From: a virus
Lineage: Duplodnaviria; Caudoviricetes
Reading direction: 5' to 3' (one strand)
IMG/VR virus record: IMGVR_UViG_3300005526_000002
Location: 1-51,247 of that record
Length of the DNA: 51,247 bases
Each line of letters begins with the position of its first letter. The first letter of the stretch is position 1. Both the position numbers and the translations under genes were made by a program. The notes beneath the pieces were generated by a model. The model was given only the letters and a program-made list of their open reading frames with translations. It was not told the origin of the DNA and did not search any database. Below, piece by piece: positions 1-9,336 of the stretch.

Positions 1-60
1 GCGTTACAAGTTGGCGGTTATTGGTCAACGGTTCTGGAACTTGCTTCGGAACGTGAAGCA
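1..60. repeat. Terminal 60-bp direct repeat, left copy (circular assembly overlap)
   Basis: Identical to 51188-51247; an ORF reads continuously across the join. Confidence 0.95.
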
Positions 61-140
61 ATTAATGCCATGCAAAAGCGGATTGAGCGAAACCCGCGCG
101 GTCGATATAGGATTGCGTAGCAAAGTAAGGAGACAGGCAA

Positions 141-755
141 ATGAAACCCATGGAAACCTATGACGTATTGCGCGAAGCATTTAGCTTTTTTAATACGGAA
201 CTATTCAACAATCGGTTATCCGATTGCATCATCCTGCTGCATCGCAAACGCGGCGCGAATGGTTACTTTTGGGCGGATCAATTTGGCCGCAACGGTTCCA
301 AAAAGACCTTTCACGAAATAGCGCTAAACCCGGAACAAATTCGGGCACGCCAACCGCGTGACACATTCGGCACATTGGCGCATGAAATGGTGCACCAATT
401 ACAGCAAGAGCATGGCACGCCACCTAAAGGCGCGTACCATGACCGGCAATGGGCTGGCATGATGAAAGAGATCGGCCTGCAACCGGACGACGGCAACGGC
501 AAGGAAACCGGCCGCAAAGTGTCACACAAGATTGTTGAGAACGGCCGTTTTGATGTGACGTTCAAGAAGTTTGAAAAGAAATATAATCTTGAATTGTTCG
601 GCACCATACCGCAAGGCAAGAAGGAAAAAGGCAAAACTTCAAAGTTTAAGTTTGAATGCCCGGATTGCGGTCAAAACGCATGGGCCAAGGAATGCGCCGC
701 GTTGATCTGCGGCGAGTGTGGCGATACCCAAATGCAAAGGAGTGACAGTCAATGA
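141..755 (+). CDS. SprT-like zincin metalloprotease with C-terminal zinc ribbon
   Basis: HEMVH (HEXXH) followed by a YH..W motif; C-terminal CPDC...CGEC; AAGGAG RBS. Confidence 0.85.
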   Translation: MKPMETYDVLREAFSFFNTELFNNRLSDCIILLHRKRGANGYFWADQFGRNGSKKTFHEIALNPEQIRARQPRDTFGTLAHEMVHQLQQEHGTPPKGAYHDRQWAGMMKEIGLQPDDGNGKETGRKVSHKIVENGRFDVTFKKFEKKYNLELFGTIPQGKKEKGKTSKFKFECPDCGQNAWAKECAALICGECGDTQMQRSDSQ

Positions 756-886
756 TTAAACGTAGATGGGGATTTAGAAGCAAAAAACAACTGCCGTTAT
801 TCATGATTTGGGACGAAGAATGGATCAACGGTAAAGTAGTTTTTGCTTGGGTTATTTTTAATAGCCGGGACTGGATCGGATTGTAA
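752..886 (+). CDS. Small hypothetical protein (44 aa)
   Basis: ATGA overlap with the SprT stop; MIKRRWGFRSKKQLPLFMIWDEEW... Confidence 0.45.
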   Translation: MIKRRWGFRSKKQLPLFMIWDEEWINGKVVFAWVIFNSRDWIGL

Positions 887-956
887 CATTTCGTGATTTG
901 CATGGTACCGCGAAATGATTTTAGATAGCGTTATCGGAAATGAAGGGACTAGGCAA

Positions 957-1085
957 ATGTTTACATATCTTCCTGCAAACCAAACTGCCGGTTATTCCGG
1001 TTTCGTGATTTATGGCTATTATCCGCAATGGAACAATTCCGTTTGGATGATACCGGGCACGTTCTTTCACGATTGGGACAACTGA
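957..1085 (+). CDS. Small hypothetical protein (42 aa)
   Basis: AAGGGACTAGGCAA-ATG leader resembling the other early leaders; MFTYLPANQTAGYSGFVIYGYY... Confidence 0.5.
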   Translation: MFTYLPANQTAGYSGFVIYGYYPQWNNSVWMIPGTFFHDWDN

Positions 1086-1263
1086 CATGACCAAAACTCA
1101 GCAACAAACCATTTCAGGTTTGTGTATGGTACCGCGAAAGCGCTACCGCGAACTAGAAAAAACATGCTTATTTGTTTTTCAGTACATAGTTAACATTTTG
1201 CACAGATAAAATTTTTGCCTTAGATGCTACCTGTGTAAAATTTTTTGGCTTTAGTAAATTAAA

Positions 1264-3449
1264 AAGCATGCTTATTGCTACCCATAGATAAAAAGCATGC
1301 TTATTGTCTAGCGCTTGTGGCTTGTTAGAAACAAAAAAGCATGCTTATTGTCTGTTAGAGGGCATCACTTGAATTTATCAGACCTAGCGCGGCAACTCTA
1401 CGCGACACATGGGTTACTGCCTGTGCCGGTCACCGGCAAGATACCGCTAGGCGGTCTTGGCTGGGATACGCTCCCGCTTGAACGGCGGCTGGAATTGATG
1501 CCACAGGCCACAGGGTTAGGTATTCAATTCGGATTGACTTTCCATCCCAAGTTAGGCCCGGTTGAAGCACGCGCCATTGACGCTGATATAGACGATATCC
1601 CCGAGCGCAACGCCTTCGCCGCTGGCGTGCCGTTTGCTAATCAATGGCGATGGGGACGAAGACCGGCGACCATTGTCTTTACCGAACCGGGCATCATCAA
1701 ACAGGAAAAGTTTGGCAAGCACGTCCAGCTATTAGGCGCAGGCAAGCAAGCGGTATGGTTCGGCGCATACCAGAACAAGTCACCGTTGCCGAGCGATCCC
1801 GTCGAATATTGGTATGAAGGACCGAGCATATTTGAGCAATTGCCGCCGGTCATCCCGGCAGCCGCGTTGCGGACGGCACTCGAAACCGCGACCGGTTGCC
1901 AAACAAAAAGCATGCTTATTGAGAGCGCGTTATCGTCCGACGATATCGCCATGCTCACGCCGGAAAATATTTCTTTTTTCCGCGATGAGATAAAAAGCAT
2001 GCTTATTGATATACAGCACAGCCCAACAGGATCAGGGCGCGGAAACAAACTGCACCATCTAGGTGTCAAGTATGGCGCGTTGATTAAAGCCAGCGGGACC
2101 GCGCCGACGCTCGCGGACGCGGCGCACATTTCGCCCGATTACGTCCCCTTTGAAATAAAAAAGCATGCTTATTTGGAAGATATCGGACGCATAGCCGAAG
2201 ACGCATTCATATCATTACCGGGCACGTTAGGCGCGGGAGACAAACGCGATTTCGCTCGCGGTGTCGGCGCATCGAAAGGCTACGGCCAAGTCATCACGCT
2301 TGAGAAACAAAAGCATGCTTTATTGATGCCAACCGGCCGCGCACATGCCGGGCAGACTGCGACCGATTTGCTCAAGTTGAACATGCCGCCAATGAGCTAT
2401 CTGGTGGACAGGTTCTTGCCTGATACTGGCTGCATCATACTGGCTGGCAAGCCCAAGGTAGGCAAAGGCTGGATCATCATGGACCTAGCCTTGCAAGTGA
2501 TCGAAGGCGGCGTATTTTGGGGGCAGCGTGCCCGGCAGGGCGGTGTTCTCATGTACATGATGGAAGACGGACCGCGCCGCATTACCGAACGCTTGCGCAT
2601 GATCCATCCCGGCGTATTCGGTGTTGAAGCCGCGCAGCTACGCTTCCGCTATTCCGCAGACGGACCATTCTATGTGGACAGCAACGGCACTGGTTCGTTG
2701 GTAACCGATATTGAAAAACATCTGGCGGATTTCAAGAATATTCGGCTGGTCGTGGTGGACGTGCTGCAACGTGTGCGTGGTACCGTGGAAAGAAGCGATA
2801 ACGCTTATCAGGTCGATTACAAGGTTGTCGCAGCGTTGCAGAAACTTGCCGTGCAGAATTCCGTTCTTATCTTGGTCGTTCACCATACCAAGAAAGGCAA
2901 GGTTGACGACGCCATAGACGGCATTAGCGGTTCGTTCGGTATCATAGGCGCAGCCGATGGTGCTATCATTGTTGGCAAGGAAGGCGAGGTTATGCGCGCC
3001 CAATCAACCATGCGCGATATTCCCGATTTTGAATTTGATCTGGTAAAAGAGGAAGGCAATCCAATGTGGAAACCCGCACAGGGCGCTATGGAAGCGCTTG
3101 GAACGAGCATGAAACCCAATGCGGTGTTGCATGCGCTGTTGGCAGCGGCATGCGAATTGAATACCGGTGACGTGGCTATCCGCGCCAAAATATCGGAAGC
3201 AACGACTGCGGTCTATCTAAGCCGCTTGGTCAAGTCAGGTCAAGCCACCAGAACCGCGCGCGGTTTCTACAAAGCCACCGGCATCCCGGCGCGCGACCGC
3301 ATTGAAGGCGTCAAGGACGTGATAAAAAGCATGCTTTTAACACCAGTCACGGACGAAATAGAAGCCAAATACGCACCGAAGGGCGCACCGGATGGCGCAA
3401 CGTTCATGGCTATGACCGACAAGGTGCTATCGGAAATAAAAGCATGCTT
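1264..3449. repeat. Dispersed A-tract + AAGCATGCTT palindrome, 9 copies (candidate iterons or operators)
   Basis: Copies start at 1264, 1293, 1337, 1908, 1995, 2161, 2311, 3327 and 3440. Confidence 0.9.
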
Positions 3450-3600
3450 TATTGGCGAAAAAAAAGCATTGGACGCCTTGAAATCTCGCGGGCTTGTGGT
3501 ATATAATAGCGATACCGCTTGGTTGATTGGTTCGGAATGGCAAACGAAACATCAAACCCAATATGCAAACCCGTTCGCAATGAGGATGCCATGGCAATGA
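1369..3600 (+). CDS. Primase-helicase: N-terminal Prim-Pol-like domain, RecA-fold AAA_25/RepA-type helicase, C-terminal wHTH-like region
   Basis: IDADID acidic motif; Walker A GKPKVGKG; Walker B VVVDVL; LVVHHTKK and ISGS motifs typical of RepA/AAA_25; TTG start after GAGGG (ORF open from 1315). Confidence 0.85.
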   Translation: MNLSDLARQLYATHGLLPVPVTGKIPLGGLGWDTLPLERRLELMPQATGLGIQFGLTFHPKLGPVEARAIDADIDDIPERNAFAAGVPFANQWRWGRRPATIVFTEPGIIKQEKFGKHVQLLGAGKQAVWFGAYQNKSPLPSDPVEYWYEGPSIFEQLPPVIPAAALRTALETATGCQTKSMLIESALSSDDIAMLTPENISFFRDEIKSMLIDIQHSPTGSGRGNKLHHLGVKYGALIKASGTAPTLADAAHISPDYVPFEIKKHAYLEDIGRIAEDAFISLPGTLGAGDKRDFARGVGASKGYGQVITLEKQKHALLMPTGRAHAGQTATDLLKLNMPPMSYLVDRFLPDTGCIILAGKPKVGKGWIIMDLALQVIEGGVFWGQRARQGGVLMYMMEDGPRRITERLRMIHPGVFGVEAAQLRFRYSADGPFYVDSNGTGSLVTDIEKHLADFKNIRLVVVDVLQRVRGTVERSDNAYQVDYKVVAALQKLAVQNSVLILVVHHTKKGKVDDAIDGISGSFGIIGAADGAIIVGKEGEVMRAQSTMRDIPDFEFDLVKEEGNPMWKPAQGAMEALGTSMKPNAVLHALLAAACELNTGDVAIRAKISEATTAVYLSRLVKSGQATRTARGFYKATGIPARDRIEGVKDVIKSMLLTPVTDEIEAKYAPKGAPDGATFMAMTDKVLSEIKACFIGEKKALDALKSRGLVVYNSDTAWLIGSEWQTKHQTQYANPFAMRMPWQ

Positions 3601-3652
3601 AAGTCGAAAACTTGACCGCAGCCGCCCTCAAGAACAGCGAGGCCGACCATGA

Positions 3653-4015
3653 TTGAGCGCATTTCCACTGACACCGCGCTGCTCCCCCTGTCCGTTCTGC
3701 GGTTCGACCAATGTCGATCCTGAAGGGTGGATGTCGGTTAATCAGGATGGAACACAGAAAAAGACCGGCCCCGCTTGCGACGAATGCGGCGGATCTACAG
3801 AAAATGTCGAGCGCTGGAATACCCGCATCAGTGGTGTTGCCCAAGAGGCGGGCCGTGTAGCGGAACTGGAAGCGGCATTGCGGGCGCTTGTCGATCAAGT
3901 CAACGACTATGAGCGCGTCAACAATCTTGCGCCAAATCCCGGTCGAACAGAGTGCTGGGACACGGTAGCCAACGCCAAACGCATACTCTCCAGAATATGG
4001 ATGGACAGCCTATGA
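3653..4015 (+). CDS. Lar-family (restriction alleviation)-like zinc-finger protein
   Basis: PCPFCG...CDECG...WNTR pattern. Confidence 0.65.
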   Translation: MSAFPLTPRCSPCPFCGSTNVDPEGWMSVNQDGTQKKTGPACDECGGSTENVERWNTRISGVAQEAGRVAELEAALRALVDQVNDYERVNNLAPNPGRTECWDTVANAKRILSRIWMDSL

Positions 4016-4338
4016 CCGCGCCTCAGAGCAGTTCCAGTGGCACCGAGCGATCCGCCTTCATCAAGGCATATTCGCACCTTGATCTAGCCGAAGTTCCCGA
4101 CGCTTGGGGCCGTCCCATGTACTATCACTCGCACGTCCAAGCCCTTTGGGACGGTTGGTTTGCGCGGGCCACCCTCCACGATGTTGCCCGAACACCAAGC
4201 CGGGGAGAGTTGCACGACGTAATTGCTGCGGCTTTAGAGCAAGATGGATTGACTTATACAGGCGTCAAGCGGGCTGCGGAAGCGGTGCAAAGGCTATTCA
4301 CTGGTGTTGCCCAACATGCATTGGCTCGGCGACCGTGA
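4012..4338 (+). CDS. Hypothetical protein
   Basis: ATGA coupling to the upstream gene; Y...VQALWDGWFARA resembles small phage accessory proteins. Confidence 0.55.
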   Translation: MTAPQSSSSGTERSAFIKAYSHLDLAEVPDAWGRPMYYHSHVQALWDGWFARATLHDVARTPSRGELHDVIAAALEQDGLTYTGVKRAAEAVQRLFTGVAQHALARRP

Positions 4339-4609
4339 TGGTGTCGATATCACGCGACATGCGACTGACGTGAAGGGCTGCGTGATGTACTTCGAGCGGC
4401 AAAGCGATTGTTTGGAATTCATGCGTTGGGTGGCGGCACTCGCGGTGTCATCGACCCACCAATCAGCCCCGGTCCAACGCGCGCCTCATCCTTCCGATGA
4501 GCGTCTGCCAAGCGGTGACGCCGCAGGAGCCGGGGCTGATACCTTGGCGATGCCATCGCCAACTCACAATAGCGCGTTCACGGTGAGGCAAGGAGAGACA
4601 AATGACTGA
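4304..4609 (+). CDS. Hypothetical protein
   Basis: 101-aa ORF in a co-oriented small-gene cluster; start uncertain. Confidence 0.4.
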   Translation: MLPNMHWLGDRDGVDITRHATDVKGCVMYFERQSDCLEFMRWVAALAVSSTHQSAPVQRAPHPSDERLPSGDAAGAGADTLAMPSPTHNSAFTVRQGETND

Positions 4610-4869
4610 CGTTCAGGGATGGATCATCATAGCCCAATTGGCGACACTGATCGTCGTTGTCGCGCAAGGGCTACACGGTTCAGCGGTAAGGCAAGGATAC
4701 TAAGGATGCAAATAACGATAGGACTCGAGTTTAGGTTTTGCTGCTTCCCGCTACGGGAATGGGGCAATTGGATTTGGGATGTCAAAGATGGTTGTATCGG
4801 CCCGATGCGCTTTCGCTTAAGACGCATCACGGTTCCACGGTAATCAGTAGATAGGCAAGGAAACCACCC

Positions 4870-5100
4870 ATGATTGACCTCACCGAATTGGAGCGGTTGA
4901 AGCTGAATTTTAGGGATGTCGTTCGCACCAAACGCAGGACCAACGAGCGACTGAGAGCGGCAATCATCGCGCTAAATGAAATTGTCGTGGTCGATACCGT
5001 CGTAAGCGACGGCGGCAAGATGCACGATCACGGAGCCAGCGCAGAAATTGCAATGAGGGCACTGCGCGCTGTCGTGGGAACACCGGGGAAGCCTCTATGA
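4870..5100 (+). CDS. Hypothetical protein
   Basis: AAGGA RBS; 76 aa. Confidence 0.5.
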   Translation: MIDLTELERLKLNFRDVVRTKRRTNERLRAAIIALNEIVVVDTVVSDGGKMHDHGASAEIAMRALRAVVGTPGKPL

Positions 5101-5220
5101 CTATGCCGGCATCTGAGACCCTGGAGCGAGACGCGCAGAAGGCAATGTCGGGTATCTTCGTTGGCTTAAATGGCTGCATGAAGATCGTTGCGTCGCACAA
5201 GCGATCTTGACCGACAATGA

Positions 5221-5502
5221 ATGGATACCTCTGACGTGTCTCACTTTTGGAAAATCCACATTAGGTTTCGCGCGGCCAAATATTTGCTTGAGGCAGGAAT
5301 TTGGGTGATGCCGAAATGCAAATATAAGAATGAATTGGTCGTGGCGATGCAACAACTGCACGGCAAGTTATTGGGCATCCGGAAGAACGACGGCATAAAA
5401 GCCCTTATTCAGCGCGTGAGGCTGGCACATGATGCCGGTGCCGGATTTCATCTATCAGAGGAAGAGATGACGGCGCTGCTTGATGCAGCTAGCCAACCCT
5501 GA
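5221..5502 (+). CDS. Hypothetical protein
   Basis: 93-aa ORF in the cluster. Confidence 0.4.
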   Translation: MDTSDVSHFWKIHIRFRAAKYLLEAGIWVMPKCKYKNELVVAMQQLHGKLLGIRKNDGIKALIQRVRLAHDAGAGFHLSEEEMTALLDAASQP

Positions 5503-5652
5503 CCGAACATCGAGGGACTGAGGCATGAAGACAATGATTATCGTTACGCTCTTCGTCTCTGCGTTGTGGGGCGGTGTCTATGTCGGCCGCAACTGCATCG
5601 TGCAGACGACGGCAACGTGCAGATTACCATGAGAGCCACACTGGAGGATAAA

Positions 5653-5946
5653 ATGGAGAAGCCGTTAAGGGAAGTTGTCGGGGAATTGCGGGCTCTGTTG
5701 GCCTGTCCGCAGGTTGGCGCTCTGCCGTGGAAGTATGGCGAAGGACGCATAGAGGGCCGCATCAGCAAGGAATGGCCGATCGACAACAAGATGCTGGCCC
5801 GCGCCGCTGTCAACGCGCTGCCGAGGCTTCTGGCAGCCGTGGAGCCCTATCTGGCCGAAGAGGACCGTAAGCACCGCGCCGAGGAAGATCGCATCTTGAA
5901 GGAAGCCGACGCCATCCGGCGCAAGCGGCTAAGGTGCCAGTGGTGA
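5653..5946 (+). CDS. Hypothetical protein
   Basis: GGAGG RBS before ATG 5653; LARAAVNALPRLL-type segment seen in phage accessory proteins. Confidence 0.55.
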   Translation: MEKPLREVVGELRALLACPQVGALPWKYGEGRIEGRISKEWPIDNKMLARAAVNALPRLLAAVEPYLAEEDRKHRAEEDRILKEADAIRRKRLRCQW

Positions 5947-6102
5947 AGGTCACCCGCGCCCTGAAAATTGCCTGTGCGTCAGGCTTAAGCCGTCCTAAGC
6001 GATGACCACAGGAAAGCGAAACACCATGAACGTATCAACCATATTTGCAATTGCTATCCCGTCAGCTATTTTAATCGTTGGATTATTCTTATTGGTGGTG
6101 CG

Positions 6103-6411
6103 ATGATTAGAAACCCAATTGCCACAACATTAAGTATTATTGGACTTGTAGTGTTGCTGTTCACTTTCGTTTCGTATCGCGCTGTCAATTCAAAGGAGGA
6201 TGAAGTAAAAGCAGACGCCTTTATAAAATACGGTCTTGCTCGTATCGACGTACCCAAGCCAATTGAAGTAGAACGTGTTGTACTCGTCATACCTCCTGAA
6301 ACTGTTCCGGTGCCAGTACCAAAACCTGTGATGAAGAAAGCCGAAAGTAACGTTTGCACCCGACATGGAATGCGCAAGGTAACTTATGGCAGACGGTGGA
6401 AGTGTAGATAA
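6103..6411 (+). CDS. Membrane-anchored hypothetical protein with C-terminal NVCTRHGMRKV...WKCR motif
   Basis: N-terminal hydrophobic helix, Pro-rich linker, two-Cys tail. Confidence 0.65.
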   Translation: MIRNPIATTLSIIGLVVLLFTFVSYRAVNSKEDEVKADAFIKYGLARIDVPKPIEVERVVLVIPPETVPVPVPKPVMKKAESNVCTRHGMRKVTYGRRWKCR

Positions 6412-6474
6412 CGCTATCGCAAATATCAAGTCACAAAATCGTGATTTGATTTTTCGTATACGATATCGTAAAGT

Positions 6475-8091
6475 ATGATTATGCAGCATCAGTTGATCCT
6501 AAGACCGCACCAGAACAAATGCATTGATACGCTCAATGCGTTTCCTGATAAGTATGCCGTCGCTGAAATCAGCGTAGCCGGTGGGAAGTCGCTGATCCTT
6601 GGCTGTCTCGCCGGTTACAACACCACTGGCCGAACGCTGATCCTCGCGCATAACAAGGAATTGGTTCAACAGAATGCGGAAGCCTGCCGACAAGTTGGTA
6701 TCAGGCCGGGCATCTGTTCCGCGTCTATTGGCAAGAACGTCTTTTCCAAGATTACGGTTGGTACCGTGCAAACCGTTGTGCGTCGAACCAAATCGTTTCA
6801 GGACGTGACGCTGATCCTTGTGGACGAAGTTCACAGGACACCCGTCAACAAGACTTCAAGTTATCGAAGGGTGTTTGAAGCGATCCCGAATGCCAAGGTT
6901 CGGGGTTTGACCGGAACGGCATTTCGAGCGGATGGCACCGGCAGTTTGGAAAAGACTTTTGGTCCTATCATTTATCGGTACACATTCTTGGATGCGCTAC
7001 AGGACGGCTACGTCAAGCCGCTGATCCCGGCCCATTCGGAAGCCAAGGCCGAAATTGATGTTGAAGGCGTCAAGGTAATTGGCGAGGACTACGATCTTGA
7101 TGAACTAGCATCGCGCGCCATAACGCTGTCACCGCTGCACGCCAAGGCTATCGTCCAAACGATGGCACGGCAGAACCGGAATTGCGTGCTGGTATTCGCC
7201 TGCAACACTGAACATGCCGACATTCTCGAAAAGAAGTTGAACGCGGAAGGCGTGCAAGCTGCGTCCGTTCACAACAAGTCACCGCGCGGTAAGCGCGAGA
7301 AGATGGTAGCTGCGTTCAAGGCACGGCAACTGCCCATTATGATATCGGTTGCCATGTTCGATACCGGCTTTAATGCGGTGGATATTGATCTGCTGGCATT
7401 CTGCCGTGCTACCAAGTCGCCAGTATTCTTTGCACAGGCGCTAGGGCGCGGTGCGCGGATATCGGAACATGCGGAAAACTGTGCCGTGCTGGACTTCGGC
7501 GGCAACGTCAGTCGGCATGGATCGCTGGACGCTATCGCAGCCTCGCCCGGTATTCATCTTGAATGCGATCCTTGTGGCTATGGATGGGAAACTTGGAAGC
7601 ACGGACGCACCTGTCCCGATTGCAAGACCGTCCACAAGAGCGCAACCAAGTGCAAGGGATGCGAGGAACGGTTCGATCAGTTTTACCATGGTGCTACCTG
7701 TCCACATTGCGGGTTGTTGCAATCTTCCGTTCGGAAGTGCAACGCATGTGCCCAAACCTATGCAAACTGGCTGCATCCTATCTGTCCGTGTTGTGGTTAC
7801 GACAATACCGGCATCCAAAGCTACGGTAAGGATTTGAACGAAACCGGTTCGGTGGACGAATTTGTTAATGTAACTGAAATATTGAAAGCCAACCCTTGGC
7901 AGTCAATAACCCGGCCACCGTTTAAAACAGCCGATGGTTGGCAACTACCTACTCGTTACGCCACAGTTAAATGGCCCTACCAAGAATTACCCGATATCGT
8001 ATCCGCATACTTGACACGAGCCACGAATGGGCGCATAACAGTAAAAGGTTGGTATGATAAAGCGGGAAAAGTTCATCAGGTGACAACATGA
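6475..8091 (+). CDS. Superfamily 2 DEAD/DEAH-box helicase (RadD/YejH-like) with tandem zinc ribbons
   Basis: LRPHQ Q-motif, AGGKS, DEVH, LTGT, TGFN, QALGRGAR; six CxxC motifs at the C-terminus. Confidence 0.9.
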   Translation: MIMQHQLILRPHQNKCIDTLNAFPDKYAVAEISVAGGKSLILGCLAGYNTTGRTLILAHNKELVQQNAEACRQVGIRPGICSASIGKNVFSKITVGTVQTVVRRTKSFQDVTLILVDEVHRTPVNKTSSYRRVFEAIPNAKVRGLTGTAFRADGTGSLEKTFGPIIYRYTFLDALQDGYVKPLIPAHSEAKAEIDVEGVKVIGEDYDLDELASRAITLSPLHAKAIVQTMARQNRNCVLVFACNTEHADILEKKLNAEGVQAASVHNKSPRGKREKMVAAFKARQLPIMISVAMFDTGFNAVDIDLLAFCRATKSPVFFAQALGRGARISEHAENCAVLDFGGNVSRHGSLDAIAASPGIHLECDPCGYGWETWKHGRTCPDCKTVHKSATKCKGCEERFDQFYHGATCPHCGLLQSSVRKCNACAQTYANWLHPICPCCGYDNTGIQSYGKDLNETGSVDEFVNVTEILKANPWQSITRPPFKTADGWQLPTRYATVKWPYQELPDIVSAYLTRATNGRITVKGWYDKAGKVHQVTT

Positions 8092-8273
8092 TTAATATTC
8101 TTGATCTTGAAAATAACATTTCAATGCATGTGAGAGATGCAGTCGCAGACGTAGCAATTAGCGGCACCGCCGAACTTATCGGACGTATAGTTCAACAACT
8201 AGTTCGTGCAAATTTACTATCCGCCACTGATCTTCGCGCCATACTGCCAAATAGATACGAGGTGCGAGAATGA
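8088..8273 (+). CDS. Hypothetical protein
   Basis: ATGA-coupled on both sides. Confidence 0.6.
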   Translation: MINILDLENNISMHVRDAVADVAISGTAELIGRIVQQLVRANLLSATDLRAILPNRYEVRE

Positions 8274-8479
8274 AAAACAAAACCCTTGACGCAACCACGG
8301 AAGAATTGGACAGAGCCGGTATTATCTACACAATCGAAGCCGGGAAGCATTTCAAGGTTCGGTCAGCAATTGGATTGATTATTTGCAGCATGAGTTGTAG
8401 CGACCACCGAGCAGAGTTAAAAGCAAGGTCTTTAGTTCGGCGGCTTATCAAACAAAACCAGCTAGGAGTTGTAAAATGA
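8270..8479 (+). CDS. Hypothetical protein (HicA-like GKH motif)
   Basis: GKHFKV...SCSDHRA; GAGG RBS. Confidence 0.55.
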   Translation: MKNKTLDATTEELDRAGIIYTIEAGKHFKVRSAIGLIICSMSCSDHRAELKARSLVRRLIKQNQLGVVK

Positions 8480-8919
8480 GAATTACGATTGACTTTGACA
8501 ATTGGGACGAAATGGAAGCGTTTCGCACCAGTGGCAGAAAGACGCGAACCAAGAAAGAAGAAGCGGCGGAAGCAGCCGAAGAACAAGCTGCCGCACCGCC
8601 TGCCATTACACCGGGACCGCCTGCTACCTTCACGCCACCGGTTACTCCCGTTGCTGTTACGCCTGCACCGCAGGGTTTCCCCGGTGCTAACGGCACGGCT
8701 GCACCCGCAGTCAACCCGTTGGCAATTGCGATTGCTGACAAGGCAGATAACGCCATTGCAGGCGGGCAGGATGCCAATGCGGTTCTGATGTGGTTCCGGC
8801 AGACGATTGGACCGGACGCAACGAACGCGACGTGGGACCAGATCAAGAGTGTGTATCTCCCGCGTCTACCTAACGAACAGTTGGTGAAGATCGCGCCGCA
8901 GCTTGGGATCACAGGTTAA
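8476..8919 (+). CDS. Hypothetical Pro/Ala-rich protein upstream of DUF2800
   Basis: AGGAG RBS; position and composition typical of the DUF2800-DUF2815-PolA module. Confidence 0.7.
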   Translation: MRITIDFDNWDEMEAFRTSGRKTRTKKEEAAEAAEEQAAAPPAITPGPPATFTPPVTPVAVTPAPQGFPGANGTAAPAVNPLAIAIADKADNAIAGGQDANAVLMWFRQTIGPDATNATWDQIKSVYLPRLPNEQLVKIAPQLGITG

Positions 8920-8937
8920 AATTAAAAGGAACGGCAA

Positions 8938-9336
8938 ATGTTTGTAGCGGAAGCTGTCATAACATGTTGTAACGATGATTGTGGTATTTCATTTGCCGTT
9001 CCTCAATGGTGGAAAAAAGGTAAACAAAAAACACATTCACGTTTCTTTTGTCCTAATGGGCACGGTCAAAGTTTTGTTGGAGAAACTGATGAAGAAAAAT
9101 TTCGCCGTGAACGCGATATTGCACGTCAGCAATTGGCGCGGGTTGAACAAGAAGCGGCAGACGCGCGGAAAAATTGGGACAAGGCAGAACGTGAAACCAA
9201 GCGTTTGAAAAAGCGTGCAGCCATGGGCACCTGTCCTTGCTGTAACCGTTCCGTTAGTCAGATGGAACGGCACATGAAAACCAAGCACCCAGAATTTATC
9301 GCGGCACAGATTATGCCGTTGAAGGTAGTAAAATGA
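8938..9336 (+). CDS. Zinc-binding coiled-coil hypothetical protein
   Basis: CPNGH, coiled coil, CPCC...HMKTKH (C2H2-like). Confidence 0.7.
   Translation: MFVAEAVITCCNDDCGISFAVPQWWKKGKQKTHSRFFCPNGHGQSFVGETDEEKFRRERDIARQQLARVEQEAADARKNWDKAERETKRLKKRAAMGTCPCCNRSVSQMERHMKTKHPEFIAAQIMPLKVVK

Noticed and set aside
1264-1350. AAAAAGCATGCTTATTG repeats as a CRISPR array
   Set aside because: Repeats are about 17 bp with irregular 29 and 44 bp periods, continue inside a CDS, and there is no cas operon (DUF2800 is a replication-module nuclease)
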